From positions 69,378,001-69,442,000 of the forward strand of contig NC_135804.1 of the NCBI RefSeq assembly GCF_964213995.1: a stretch of 64,000 nt of DNA. The letters are read 5' to 3'. The notes below the pieces were generated by a model. It was not told the DNA's origin. It saw nothing but the letters and a program-made list of their open reading frames with translations, and ran no database searches. Shown here piece after piece: positions 12,966 through 26,329 of this stretch. This stretch comes from Mustelus asterias. Its lineage: Eukaryota. Every line of letters begins with the position of its first letter. Within the stretch, counting starts at the first letter, position 1. The position numbers and the translations under genes are program-made.

Positions 12966-15900
12966 CCACATGGTCGTTAAATGGTGAATAATGACCATTT
13001 TCCATTCAGTGGAAACTTGATAGGCCGACGGCGTAGTCAATGAAAGGGTATATGATCTATAAGGAAACAATAATCAATTCCAGACACCGTCGATTCGGTG
13101 CCAAATAAAATGGAGGAGCTAAGTATATTTCCGGCCGTTTGACGGGAAATAATACCCATACTAATAATTATGCAGCAGAATAATAATGGCCATATCACGT
13201 TACGTAACTATGGCCAGTGAAATGGTTAAACACAAATATATGTTTATATGAATCCTTTACGCAGTTTACCAACAAGCTTTTTCACTAGTACAGTCCATTC
13301 AGATAAGAAGGGTGAAAGGCCATTAAGGCAAACATTTTGATGATTTGTGTTTATGCTATCCTTTGAGATCAGAGGGGAAGAAGAAAGAAAGATAAAGAAA
13401 GATTTGCCCGGGGAAAGGCCATCATGACAGACGTTTTGTTGATTTGTGTTCTGCCATTAAGACACAGCTGGAATGTTTATGGAAAGTTGAGGCAATGCAC
13501 AATTGATGCAATTAAAAAGCTCACGCCGAATGGATAATACAGTTAAGCAAGTGTAAGGTGAATGTGATTCACTTTATCATCTGAGTGATATCACCTTAAG
13601 CAATAACTCTGAGTAGATAGAGTTAACTTATCCACAGTGATTGCATACGCTAATTACTTGCAATCAAATTTGAAACTATCACTGGTTCTGCTTTCCTGAA
13701 TTCGGGGCTCTGGCTAGTTACAGATTGTGACTGTGATTTTCGGGGAACCTCGCTATATAGCTCAATTAAAAAAGCTGTTTAAGAGAACTCCGTGTTTTGG
13801 TCTGGTTACGTGTAGGGTAAAATTGCCATCAATTAAAATGCTAACATCAAAGCCCGCAACAGCATGAATCGTATTACGGGAATCCTTAACCTCGTCTTTC
13901 GTCTGCCGGGTCTCAGTAAATTTCCATATAATTGAATGTTTTGAATGTTGATACCGAGTAAAATGCAGGGCATGAAATATTGTCTTTTACATATTACTCC
14001 TGATGTGCTGCACTCAAATGTGAAACACATACAGTCATGTGTGGATAAATTATCTGGAAGGCATTATTTCATATATTTTTTAAATTTTATAGCTAGTTCT
14101 GAATTAGAAGACAGCGGCCAACTCGTCTCCTGCAAAACAAAGCTGTGATTCATTTTCTGTATAATTGATTAGCTTTTGTTGTTTGCATGTTTACAAGGAA
14201 GTACACGCTGTGAGAGGTATTGCCTTGTTTACTACATCATCCTTAAGTCTGGCCTTGTTCTGCTTTCACGTGGAACGGAATATTACAAATGCAGGATGAT
14301 ATGGAATCATGCTAGGTAAATGATGAGGAATTGATTTCCTCAAACTATTCGAACTTTGTGGCATTGTGAAGAAGTACAAGGTAGGCATTTAAGCCTGAAA
14401 ATACATCTGGGTCACTGTTATCGTTGGGATGCGTCAGGGCAATACTTCGTAAACATTGCTGTCGGAGCACGACTAGGATTTATTAACAAAGAAAGAAAAA
14501 GACAAATAGGAGACAAGAAAATTAGAAGAAGAAGAGAAGTTGGAAATCGGAGGGAGCTCAGAGGAGAAGAATAAAACGTGAAACATATTACATTTCACTA
14601 TATTTTTATACGTTCGTGCGAATCAGAGTCGATGGCATTCATTGCTTTTCGACATTTTTTTGAACATGGCAGTGAGCATCATTTCACAATTTCTGCTATC
14701 TTGTAGTTTAGACATACCGACAGAGCTATTAGGGAGTTGCTTGAATTGGAGCAGAACATGTTGGCTCTGCTTTGGGGATGAGCCAACAGTTCGTTTTCCT
14801 CCCACGTGACAGACGTCACGGGTTTGAAATATGCTTTTAAAAGCGACTTAATGGGTAGCTATGCTGCAAATTGTAGAAAGTGCACACTGCTGCGCAGCAG
14901 TGATACGGCAAATGCAATTTTACCATGAAGGGATGATGCTCTAATCAAATAGCATATTTTTCTTTGGTTGGCACCTTCCAGCTTCAGTGTTTCTGAAACA
15001 ACAATCGTTCAGCTAAATGTGGAGCCATCCATCCCACATGTTTTGCAAATGATATACAGTCGATGGGGATTCAAGTGGATATTTAATCACAGCAGGATCT
15101 CATGTCCCTGATCTTTCTTATCGTTTTATTTGGCAAACGTAATTGAAGCTTGTGGTATGCTATGACGGTAACAGTTGCACCTTAATGGCTGTACTTTGTC
15201 ACCAAGTGAACAATTCAACTAACGCAATTGACCTTTCCTGGTAGATCTGCACAACCTTTATTTCCAGTAAAGAGATTCATACCTCCGTGAATGCATAAAC
15301 TGACCCTGAATCCGGCAAACTTTCAGGCTGTACACTCCTGACCTTAACCATTCGTTACATGGATTATTTTGTTCCTCATGTCATTCCTGCTTTTCTTACC
15401 AATTGCTTTAAGGCTGCCGCTCTCCTACTCTGCCATTTAATGAGCAGGAACAATTTCTCTCAAGGCATTCTGTCCAAATGATCATGATTTTGAATACATA
15501 TATCATAACCCCTCTCAGCCTATTTTCTCTGCCAGAAAAAAAATGCCTACTTTCCAAACTATGCCAATGCTCAATGTTCTTCATAAGTGAAAACACTGTG
15601 GTGAATAAATCATACTTGATGTCTAATCATGGGAGGAAGGTTATTTATGATACAATTGAACCGTTTGCCTACAGCACTCTCTGCTGATGAACTTCTGTTG
15701 TTCGTCCCACAAGTTGAGTATATTGACACCTAATAACGAATGCATGTTTTCCCTTTTCATCAATTATGCTTACAGTCAGAGGGGAATAACAGTTTTTGCA
15801 CAATCTGTTTATTTTCTTTCCATTTTAAATGGCTTATTGACGACACACTGGGTAACATTTTGTTTTGATGTCAACGACTAAGTCACTTATTTGACTGGTG

Positions 15901-16319
15901 GAAGCCATCCATGCTGGAATTAAAGTTGCAATGAAGTCTGGAACTGGGAGGCTCAAGCATAGATAAGGACTCGTGAGCTGGAAATTGCCTTCCATTGCGT
16001 TCTTCGTGAATGGGACTATTCAATTTGGTTGTTATTGTTTTCATTCATTCCCCCTCCCTCCCCCCGCCCCCTATTTATTGCTGGAGCAAGTACATTAGCA
16101 ATCTGTAAGATGCTTATATGGAAAGCCGAATTCTAGCATCAGTGAAAAATATTGACCAGAGGAATGTTTATTTAGGAATAAACTTTTTCGACAAATTTGC
16201 CGGAATATTTTGGGGGACATTAGTTTTTACTCCTTTCAGTTTGCAATCATAATGAGAGAATCAACGTGGCTGAAAAATAGAATTGCCAGATTTTTCTTAA
16301 TCATTTTATAGGAAATGTG

Positions 16320-16930
16320 TGTCGGTGGCTCGGTCCATCCCGAGTTGACATTCGGAAGGTGGCGGTGAGTTGCCTTCTTGAACCATTGTAGTCCCTGAGG
16401 TCTATGTGCATCACAGTTGTCAGTGAGGGAATTCCAAGATTTTCACCAGCAACAGTGAAGGAAAGGTGAACGACTTTGAAGTCAGAATGGTGAGTGACTT
16501 GGGAGCGGAACCATACTGCTCTTGTTGCACTTGGTGGGAAAGATCGGGAGTTTGGAATGTGCCGCCAAAGGAACCGTGTTAACGTCCTGCAGAACATCTT
16601 GAAGATCGTACACACTGCTGCCACTATTCGTCAGTTGCGAGTGGATTGACCGTTTGTGTAAGGGTTAGCAATCAAGCTGCTTGCTTTCTCCTGGCTAGCG
16701 TCAGGTATCTTGAGTTTTATTGAAGTAGTACTCATCCAGGCAAGTGAAGAGTATTCCACTACTGTCTTGCTTAGTGGCTTGTATATGGTGGACAGGTTTG
16801 AGGTGTCAGGAGCTAAGTAATTCGCTGCAGGATTCCTAGCCGTTGTTCTGTGCTGGTAGTCACAATACATACACGACAGGTTGAGTTCAGTTTCTCGTCA
16901 ATGGTAAACGCCAAGATATTGCTGTTGTGG
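16320..16930 (-). mobile_element. Old LINE (CR1/L2-group) 3' fragment
   Basis: STIYKP..VVEYSSLAWMS and AAVCTIFKM motifs; homologous to 21380-22300. Confidence 0.65.
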
Positions 16931-18149
16931 CCCAAATCTAAGGCCGTGGTGCATTCATTTTTCGCTCATCTGGTTGACGATTTTTGCAAACAATTTACAA
17001 AGAACAAAGAACAATGAAGATTACAGCACAGGAACAGGCCCTTCGGCCCTCCAAGCCTGCCCCGAGCATGTTGCCCGACTGAACTACCCGTCCGGGGTTC
17101 ATATCCATCTATTCCCATCCTATTCATGTATTTATCCAGACGCTCCTTAAAAGTCATTATCGTTACTACCTGCACTACATCCCCGGCAGCGAGTTCCAGG
17201 CACCCACCACCCACTGTGCAAAACAATTGCCTCGTGCGTCTCCTTTAAACCTTGCTGCTCGCAGCTTAAACTTATGCCCCCTAGTAATTGATTCTTCCAC
17301 CCTGGGCAAAAGCTTCTGACTACCCACTCTGTCCATGCCCCTCATAATCTTGTAGACTTCTATCAAGTCGCCCCTCAATCTCCATCGTTCCAATTAAACA
17401 AACGAAATTTCTCCAACCTCTTCTCACAGCTAATGCGCTCCATACCAGGCAAAAAACTGGTAAATCTTTTATGCACCCTCCCCAAAGCCTCCACATCCTC
17501 CTGGTGGTGTGGTGACCAAAATTGAACACTATATTCCAAGTGCGGCCTAACTAAGGTTCTATAAACTGCAGCATAACTTGCCAATTTTTAAACTCAATGC
17601 CCCAGCCGATGAAGACAAGAATACCGTATGCGTTCTTGACTACCTTCTTCATCTGCGTTGCCACTATCAGTGATCTGTGTGCCTGTACACCCAGATCCAT
17701 CTGCCTATCAATATTCTTCAGGGTTCTGCAATTTACTGTATATTTCCCATCTGTATTAGACCTTCCAAAATGCATTATCTCACATTTGTCCAGATTAAAC
17801 TCCATCTGCCATCTCTCTGCCCAAATATCCAACCGATGTATATCCTGCTGTATTCTCTGATGCTCCTCAACACTATCCACAAATCCACCAAGCTTTCTGT
17901 CGTCCACAAACTTACTGATCAAGCCAGTTACATTTTGCTCCAAATTATTTATATAAATGAAAACAGCAAAGGTCCCAAAACTGATCCCTGAGGAACGCCA
18001 CTTGTCACAGCCCTCCATTCAGAAACGCACCTTCCACTGTCTTCTATGAACGACATGATGTGGAGATGCCGGCGTTGGACTGGGGTGGACACAGTAAGAG
18101 TTTTAACAACGCTAGGTTAAAGGCCAACAGGTTTATTTGGTAGTAAATA

Positions 18150-18186
18150 CCATTCGCTTTCGGAGCGCTGCTCCTTCGTCAGATGG
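18150..18186 (-). ncRNA. Minimal type I hammerhead ribozyme motif (U16.1 changed to G, likely inactive)
   Basis: Reverse complement CCAT-CTGACGA-A-GGAGC-AGC-GCTCC-GAAA-GC-GA-ATGG. Confidence 0.75.
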
Positions 18187-20014
18187 AGTGCAAATCTGTT
18201 CTCAAACAAGGCAGAGAGACACAAAATCAAGTTACAGAATACTGATTAGAATACGAATCCCGACAGCCAACCAGATCTTAAAGATACAGACAATGTGGGT
18301 GGAGGGAGCAGTAAGCACAGGTTAAAGAAATGTGTATTGTCTCCAGACAGGACAGCCTGCAAGTCCAGGAGGCAAGCTGTGGGGGGTTACTGATAATGTG
18401 ACATAAATCCAACATCCCAGTTTAGGCCGTCCTCATGTGTGCAGAACTTGGCTATCAGTTTCTGCTCAGCGACTCTGCGTTGCCGTGTGTCATGAAGGCC
18501 GCCTTGGAGAAGGCTTACCTGAAGATCAGAGGCTGAATGCCAGTGACTGCTGAAGAGCTCCCCCACAGGAAGAGAACAGTCTTGCCTGGTGATTGTCGAA
18601 CGGTGTTCATTCATCCGTTGTCATAGCGTCTGCATGGTTTCCCCAATGTACCATGCCTCGGGACATCCTTTCCTGCAGCCTATCAAGTAGACAACGTTGG
18701 CCGAGTTGCAAGAGTAGGTACCGTGTACCTGGTAGATGGTGTTCTCACGTGAGATGATGGCATCCGTGTCGATGATCCGGCATGTCTTGCAGAGGTTGCT
18801 GTGGCAGGGTTGTGTGGTGTCATGGTCATTGTTCTCCTGAAGGCTGGGCAGTTTGCTGCGGACAATGGTCTGTTTGAGGTTGCGCGGTTGTTTGAAGGCA
18901 AGAAGTGGGGGTGTGGGGATGGCACTGGCGAGATGTTCGTCTTCATCAATGACATGTTGAAGGCTCCGGAGGAGGTGGCGTAGCTTCTCTGCTCCGGAGA
19001 AGTACTGGACGACGGAGGGTACTCTGTCCGCCGTGTCCCGTGTTTGTCTTCTGAGGAGGTCGGTGCGGATTTTTGCTGTGGCGCGTCAGAACTGTTGATT
19101 GATCAACAGTTCCAACGCGCCACAGCGAAAAACCGCACCGATCTCCTCAGAAGACAAACATGGGACACGGTGGACAGAGTACCCTTCGTCGTCCAGTACT
19201 TCCCCGGAGTGGAGAAGCTACGGCATCTCCTCCGGAGCCTTCAACATGTCATTGATGAAGACGAACATCTCGCCAAGGCCATCTCCACACCCCCACCTCT
19301 TGCCTTCAAACAACCGCGCAACCTCAAACAGACCATTGTCCGCAGCAAACTACCCAGCCTTCAGGAGAACAGTGACGACGACACCACACAACCCTGCCAC
19401 AGCAACCTCTGCAAGACGTGCCGGATCATCGACACGGATGCCATCATCTCACGTGAGAACACCATCTACCAGGTACACGGTACCTACTCTTGCAACTTGG
19501 CCGACGTTGTCCACCTGATACGCTTCAGGAAAGGATGTCCTGAGGCATGGTACATTGGGGAAACCAGGCAGGACGCTACGACAACGGATGAATGAACACC
19601 GTTCGACAATCACCAGGCAAGACTGTTCTCTTCCTGTGGGGAAGCACTTCAGCAGTCACTGGCATTCAGCCTCTGATCTTCAGGTAAGCGTTCTCCAAGG
19701 TGGCCTTCACGACACACGGCAGCGCAGAGTCGCTGAGCAGAAACTCATAGCCAAGTCCCGCACACATGAGGATGGCCGAAACCGGGATGTTGGATTTATG
19801 TCACATTATCAGTAACCCCCACAGCTTGCCTCCTGGACTTGCAGGCTGTCCTGTCTGGAGACAATACACATCTCTTTAACCTGTGCTTAATGGTCCCTCC
19901 TCCCACATTGTCTGTATCTTTAAGATCTGGTTGGCTGTAGGGATTCGCATTCAAATCAGTATTCTGTAACTTGATTTTGTGTCTCTCTGCCCTGTTTGAG
20001 AGCAGATTTGCACT

Positions 20015-20051
20015 CCATCTGACGAAGGAGCAATGCTCCGAAAGCTAATGG
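20015..20051 (+). ncRNA. Minimal type I hammerhead ribozyme motif, intact core
   Basis: CCAT-CTGACGA-A-GGAGC-AAT-GCTCC-GAAA-GC-TA-ATGG: stem I CCAT/ATGG, stem II GGAGC/GCTCC, palindromic AGCT stem III, CUA triplet. Confidence 0.85.
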
Positions 20052-20510
20052 TATTTACTACCAAATAAACCTGTTGGACTTTAACCTGGTGTTGTTAAAA
20101 CTCTTTCTATGACCGAACCAGTTCTGTATCCATCTTGCCAGCTCACCTCTGACCCCGTGCGACTTCACCTTCTGTACCAGTCTGCCATGAGGGGCCTTGT
20201 TAACGGCCTTACTGAATCCACGCAGACAACATCTACTGACCTACCCTCATCAATCCTCTTCGTCACTTCCTCGAAAAACTCTATCAAGTTAATGGGACAC
20301 GACCTTCCCTTCGCAAAATCATGTTGCTTATTGCTAACACATCTACTTATTTCCAAGTGTGAGTAAATCCTGTCCCAAAGAATCTTCTCCCATAATTTCC
20401 CTCCCACTGACGTAAGGCTCACCAGCCTGTAATTACTTGGATTATCATCAGTACCCTTCTTAAACAAAAGAATAACATTGGCTATTCTCCAGTCCTCTGG
20501 GATCTCCACT

Positions 20511-20921
20511 GTACAGTAAGAAGTCTCACAACACCAGGTTAAAGTCCAACAGGTTTATTTGGTAGCAAATACCATAAGCTTTCGGAGCACAGCTCCTTCG
20601 TCAGATGGAGTGGATATCTGTTCTCAAACAGTGCAAACAGACAGAGAAATCAAATTACAGAATACTGATTAGAATGCAAATCTCTACAGCCAGCCAGGTC
20701 TTAAATGTACAGACAATGTGGGTGGAGGGAGCATTCAACACAGGTTAAAGAGATGTATATTGTCTCCAGACAGAACAGCTAGTGAAATTCTGCAATTCCA
20801 GGAGGCAAGCTGTGGGGGTTACTGATAATGTGACATAAATCCAACATCCCGGTTTAGGCCGTCCTCATGTGTGCGGAACTTGGCTATCAGTTTCTGCTCA
20901 GCGACTCTGTGCTGTCACGTG
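20511..20921 (-). mobile_element. Penelope-like pLTR fragment
   Basis: Closely similar to 18090-18490. Confidence 0.88.
20572..20608 (-). ncRNA. Minimal hammerhead ribozyme motif, intact core
   Basis: Reverse complement CCAT-CTGACGA-A-GGAGC-TGT-GCTCC-GAAA-GC-TT-ATGG. Confidence 0.83.
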
Positions 20922-21379
20922 TAATGGACATTGGTCGAAATGGTGTCGGCAGAATTATTTGCAATGTATGTTTCTGCCAGTTTGCTGTTGGCTAATCGGT
21001 GGGATTATTCTCCTCACTTTGGCATATGATGTTGCAAGGTCGACGGTTCTATGTTTGCGACTGTCTTTTCTGGTGCCTGTTGAGGAGACTGGATTCATTT
21101 ATTTCTTTGTAGCTTTTATACAGGAAAGTGACTTGTTAGGCCATTTCAAATGACATTTAAGGACCGCCCATGTTACTGTGGATCTGGAGTCCAATATTGC
21201 CGAAGCAAGAACTAGTTTCATTTCCGAAATATCATTCGGGACAATAGAGAAGCAGGTACTTTTTTTTACGACAAGCGTTCCTGAGTCTAACTTTTTTAAA
21301 TACCGGTTTTATTGACTGCATTTAAATTCCACGAGCTGCTGATGCAATATTTGACTCGTGTCCGCAATGGAATAGCCTG

Positions 21380-22300
21380 GGCCTCTGACTTACCATGTGC
21401 ACCCACAGCACTTTCCGGGAAATGAATCTCCAGCAGTGGTGCTCCCATGTACTGGCGCTCTTGTCCTGATAGAAGATAGTGGTCTTGGGCTTGAACGGTG
21501 CAGCCTCGGGAGACTTGGTGAGGTACTTGAAGTGCACCTGATAGATGTCACACACTGCTGCCACTATTCATTGCTTTTAGAGGGTTTAAATGTTTTATGA
21601 AGGGATAGCAATCAAACGGGCTGTTTTATCATGGGTGGCGTAAGGCTTCTTGAGTGTTGTGGGATATGCAATCATCCAGACAAGTGCAGAGTGTTGCATT
21701 ACACTCCTGACTTGCGGCTTCTTGCTGTTAGGAAGGGTTTGGGGAGTCTAAGTTAGTTACCAGAGTCTGCTGAGCCTTTGATTTGCTTAGGTAACGACGG
21801 TATTGAAATGGCTGCTCCAATTTAGTCTCTGGTCAAGGGTGAGCCTCATGATGCTTATAGAGTGAAATTCTGTTATCTTAATGCCAGTATGTTTTAGATA
21901 TGCTGTTGTTGCTAATGGTCATTGCCGGGAAATTGTGTGGTGCGAATGCAAATTGCCACTTGTCAGTCCGAGCCTGGATACTGTGCAAATGTTGCTGTCT
22001 TTGCACATGGGCTGCTTCAGTAGCTTATTCGTCAGGAATAGTACTGAACACTGTGCAGTCATTCGCGACATCCACACTTCAGGCCTTTTATTGGAAGGAA
22101 CGTCATTGATGAAACAGTTGAAGATGGTTGGGCCAAGAGCATAGTCTTGCAGTGATACCATCCTCCGCTGTGCCTGTTATGACTCCAATAAACGGAGGCT
22201 TTTCCCCCTGATTCCCATTTACTCCAGTTTTCCTAGGAATCTTGATGTCATACCTGGTCTAATGGTGCCTTAATGTTGAGGGCAGTAACTCTCACCCTAC
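21380..22300 (-). mobile_element. Old LINE RT fragment (CR1/L2-group)
   Basis: ALGPTIFNCFINDVPS and AAVCDIYQVH motifs. Confidence 0.7.
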
Positions 22301-23515
22301 CTCCGTCGACTAGTATTTCAACGTTGCAGATTATTGAATTAATTCCTCGGTTATTATTTGGATCTCCATGCCACATGCGGTTTCAGCTTTTTGGCATGAA
22401 TGTTGTTATGTATTGAATCTTCACCAGTGTAAACCTTCATTTTTATGCACGGCTTATTTAAAATAACAACATGTGAGTAGGATATTGGAGCAAGAGTGTG
22501 CCATTCTACTCCTGGAGCATGTGCCACTCAACAGCTATATCTTGGCTGACCTTCTACCTCAAACTGATTTCCCAGTACAATCCCAATTTCCGGAGATGCC
22601 CTTAGAGTCTAAAGAAATGTCTCACTCAGCCTTCAACGTCCTCAATGACTGAGTCATCAGAGTCTTCTCGTGTAAAGATTCAACACACTTTAAATGGAGA
22701 AATACCTTGCAACTTCATTCAGAAATGGTACACGCATTATTCTGTGACTCTGTCCCATTTTCTTCTAGATTCCCGAGTCAGGAGAACAGCATTAGACGTC
22801 TATACTTTTGAGTCCTGTAAGTGTTTTGTATATTTGAGTGCAACAGAATCTCATTCTTCTCAGCACTGGAAATGTAACGTTTTGACCTCAATCTCTTCCG
22901 ATAGCAAAATCCTCAGTACGCTTTTCTGCACTGGCTGTATAACATGCATTCCCATCACTCGGCAAAAGGATGAAAACTGGACACAATACTGAAGGTGCAT
23001 CTCACCATAGCTCTATAATTGCAGCAAGTATTTTCTCCAATAGTGACCGGCTCTCGCAGTAAATGTAAACATGTTATTTGCCGTCCCACATACTTGCAGC
23101 ACTTGCGTCTTAGCTTTCACGGTCTCATGAACAACGCAACCAAAGTCCATTTATAAATCAACACTTTTCATTCAGTCTTCATTTATGAAAGGTTTTACAT
23201 TACCGTTTCTGCTACATAAGTACATAAATTCAAATGTTCCCATAATATTTTCCAACTTCCGTGTTCCTGCCTGCGCAATAGACCTCTCTCAGTCCTCTTG
23301 AAGCGTCTCTGCTTGCTGCTCGCAACTTACATTTCCATCTAGCATTGTGCCATCTGCAATCATGGAATTCTTTTTACAATTGATCCCCTCATCAAACCCG
23401 TTTATATCATTGCGAATATCTGTTGTCCAAACACTAATCGTTCCTGTTCGCCACTGTTCACAACTACCCAAATCTGAACGGCCTGTTAATTTCCCGTCCC
23501 TGCTTTCTGTTTGTT

Positions 23516-23966
23516 CACGACACACGACAGCGCAGAGTCGCTGAGCAGAGACTGATAGCCAAGTTCCGCACACATGAGGACGGCCTCAACCGGGATCCTG
23601 GGTTCATGTCACACTATCTGTAACCCCCATGACTTGCCTGGGCTTGCAAAATCTCACTAACTGTCCCGGCTGGAGACAATACACATCTCTTTAACCTGTG
23701 CTTAACGCTCTCTCCACTCACATTGTCTGTACCTTTGAGACTTGATTACCTGTAAAGACTCGCATTCCAACCATTATTTTGTAAATTGAGTTTGTGTCTT
23801 TATATGCCCTGTTTGTGAATAGAACTCTCATTTACCTGACGAAGGAGCAGCAAGCGCTCCGAAAGCTAGTGGTTTTTGCGACCAAATAAACCTGTTGGAC
23901 TTTAACCTGGTGTTGTGAGACTTCTTACTGTGTTTACCCCAGTCCAACGCCGGCGTCTCCACATCA
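23516..23966 (+). mobile_element. Penelope-like pLTR (second subfamily)
   Basis: GCAGAGTCGCTGAGCAG...GAGGACGGCCTCAAC and terminal CCAGTCCAACGCCGGCGTCTCCACATCA. Confidence 0.88.
23832..23872 (+). ncRNA. Minimal hammerhead ribozyme motif
   Basis: TTAC-CTGACGA-A-GGAGC-AGCAAGC-GCTCC-GAAA-GC-TA-GTGG. Confidence 0.8.
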
Positions 23967-25244
23967 TTCTGTTTGTTTATCAGCTCTCAATACATGTGAG
24001 TATATTAAAACCTTTCCCGTGCTCGGGTTTTATTCACAACTCTTCTAAAGCTCTTCGAGTTCGGTTATCGGTTCCAGCGGATTTATCAACTTTCAAAAAA
24101 TCTGCTTTCCCCAGCTGTCTTTTAATTTTACTGATTAATTCCAGCTCTTATTGTTCATTAATCCCATTTCTTCCAGTATCTTTGAATCGATTTTCCTCCT
24201 TGATGACAAATGCAAGATTTATTTTGATCATTTTCTGTGCACTTTCTTCTTTCCGGTTTAAACCTTCCTGTTCCTGCCTGTAATTGACTCACATTTGCTA
24301 ATACCTCCCTTGTTCGGAAATAATATATGCTTTTATAGTCAGTTACTATTTTCTTACCAGGTTGGCCACAAATTCCATCTTGAATTTCTTTTTTACGTTT
24401 CTTGGTCTTGGCCATCCATTGCTGAATTCTAAAACAAAATGCGTTGAATCCTCAGATCTGCTGCTCCTTTGAACATTTTATAAGCCTCTTCTTTTGACGT
24501 TATACAACATTTAATTGTTCTTCGTAGCCAGGACTGCGTCACTTTTCTTTGTAATACTCTTACACTTCCTAACGCTTCATTGACAACAAGTTTATTATCA
24601 GCACCCGTCTTATGTTTGGTGCCTGAGCATACTTTTCCAGGAAACAGTGTTGTACACATTCCAGGAATATGCCCTCTAAAACAATAGTGCTAATTGTATT
24701 GATCCAATCCGCATGTGGGTTGAATTCCCCGATTCTTTCTGTATTACCCTAGTTACATGCCTGTCTTATTCCCTGAATTTTACCATGACCCTCATTTTTA
24801 CAGTTGTATGGCGTATACATAAGTCACACCAACCTTTGCTCCCACACTGTTTTTATCCTTTCTTCAGGCAAATTCATTTGACAATTTCACCTTTCCAGAG
24901 AAGTCCATTCCTCGATAAATTACTGAACGCATTCTTTTTTAACATTGCTATTTCATTCCGTTTTCTTTTTCCTGTCCACCCTAAATGTTGAATTACCTCT
25001 GATATGCAGTTCTCAGCATTTTTCAGGCTGCATCCGCATCTGCGCAATGGCAATAAGATCACACCCATTTTCTTCTATTCTTCCATCAGTTGATCCACAT
25101 TTTTGCAAATGCATAACATTTTAGCATTTCTTTTACCATACTTCGGATTTATTTTCTACCATTGCTTGGACGGAGTAACAGGATATTATCTGAAAAATGT
25201 TAGACCGTGAAGTTGTGATGTAGAAAGGCTGTCCTTGTGTACCA

Positions 25245-25917
25245 TTCATTGTAAGCAGGTATGTAGATACAGCAAGTTGTTAGCAAGGCAAATGGCGTGT
25301 TGACCTACGTTGAGGAGTATTTGAGTATGGGGGCAAGGACTTCTCACTGAGGCTGCACAAATCTTGATGAGGTCACAACTGGAGCACTGTGTGTAGTTTT
25401 AGTTTCCTGACCTAGTAAAGTATATACTTGCCATAGAGGGCGCACAATGAAGGTTCACCACACAGATTCTTGGAATGACAGGTTTTCGTGTGAGGAGGGG
25501 TCAACTGTATTCACTGGACTGGAGGGGAATGAGAGATGATCTCATTCATTATTTTTAAATATTGGCAGGACTGAACAGAAATGGTTCAAAGATAATCTTT
25601 CTCCTCCCTGTGAGGCGCAGAACAAATTTAGGATATGGGGTAGGACATTTAGGATTGAGATGAGGAGAAATTTGTTCACTCAGATCGTGCTGAACCCGTA
25701 TTATTGTATAACACAGAAAACTGTGAATACCAAATAACTGAATACATTACATAAGTAAATGGATGCATTCATACCCACGAAAGGGTCAATGGATATGCGG
25801 TGAGAGCAGGAGTATGACGTTGAGCTAAAGGATCAGTCATGATTATGTGGTATAGCAAAGAAGGCTCTACGGTCTTAATGGCTTACTCCTGGGCCTATTT
25901 ATATGGTTTCTATGACT
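25245..25917 (+). mobile_element. Old CR1 3' fragment
   Basis: Degenerate GAGGTCACAACTGGAGCACTGTGTG and CR1-type 3' UTR. Confidence 0.65.
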
Positions 25918-26329
25918 CCAGCTTTTGGTCAGTTGCCTCGAATATTGCACAACTGGACGTAAAAACCTCGGCATCGTTTAGAACAGTTGAGGGTTTTGAG
26001 CTTTACTCCCCTTTCAGGCAGCAGCTTCTTTTGGCAATTGCCTCTTATGGCGATTGCCTCATCTCCCCACTAGTCTTTCTACCGATTACTTTACTGGTCT
26101 AGTTCCAAGCCATAGTATTGCCGACTAAAGTAAATAGGCCATTCATAAATACTTGAATAGGACAGCACAACATGTGATACATCTCAACATTTACCTTCTC
26201 CTTCCTCCGAGCTAAGGTCCCGATTCGCTTCAAGAAGTCGACAATCATCCCTGTACAAAGAAAAGCTATGTTGCGTGCATTAATGACTAGCACGCAGTAG
26301 CTCTAACATCCGTAATTATGAGGTTCTTG

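Larger units (their letters stand above)
18055..20105. mobile_element. Penelope-like retroelement, inverted dimer (GIY-YIG end plus pLTR on both arms)
   Basis: PCHSNLCKTCRII...VVHLI..KGCPEAWYIGET, LRQRMNEHR, HF...H and HEDGLN, typical of the PLE GIY-YIG endonuclease. The left arm (minus) is the reverse complement of the right arm (plus). Confidence 0.92.
16995..20510 (-). mobile_element. CR1 LINE RT fragment interrupted by the Penelope foldback insertion
   Basis: 20165-20509 (PEDWRIANV...SCPINLIEFF) continues at 18018-17175 (FVDDRKLGG, PHLEYSVQFWSP, LRGDLIEVYKIM). (TTCTTTG)-like tail near 17000. Confidence 0.88.
22470..25100 (-). mobile_element. Highly decayed CR1 fragments
   Basis: Residual NDINGFDEGI...ADGTMLDGNV motif and degenerate linker/endonuclease similarity; interrupted by the Penelope copy at 23516. 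Confidence 0.55.

Noticed and set aside
20511-23966. Two Penelope pLTRs acting as inverted termini of one composite element
   Set aside because: They belong to different subfamilies, no TSD is visible, and the interior is unrelated older LINE debris.
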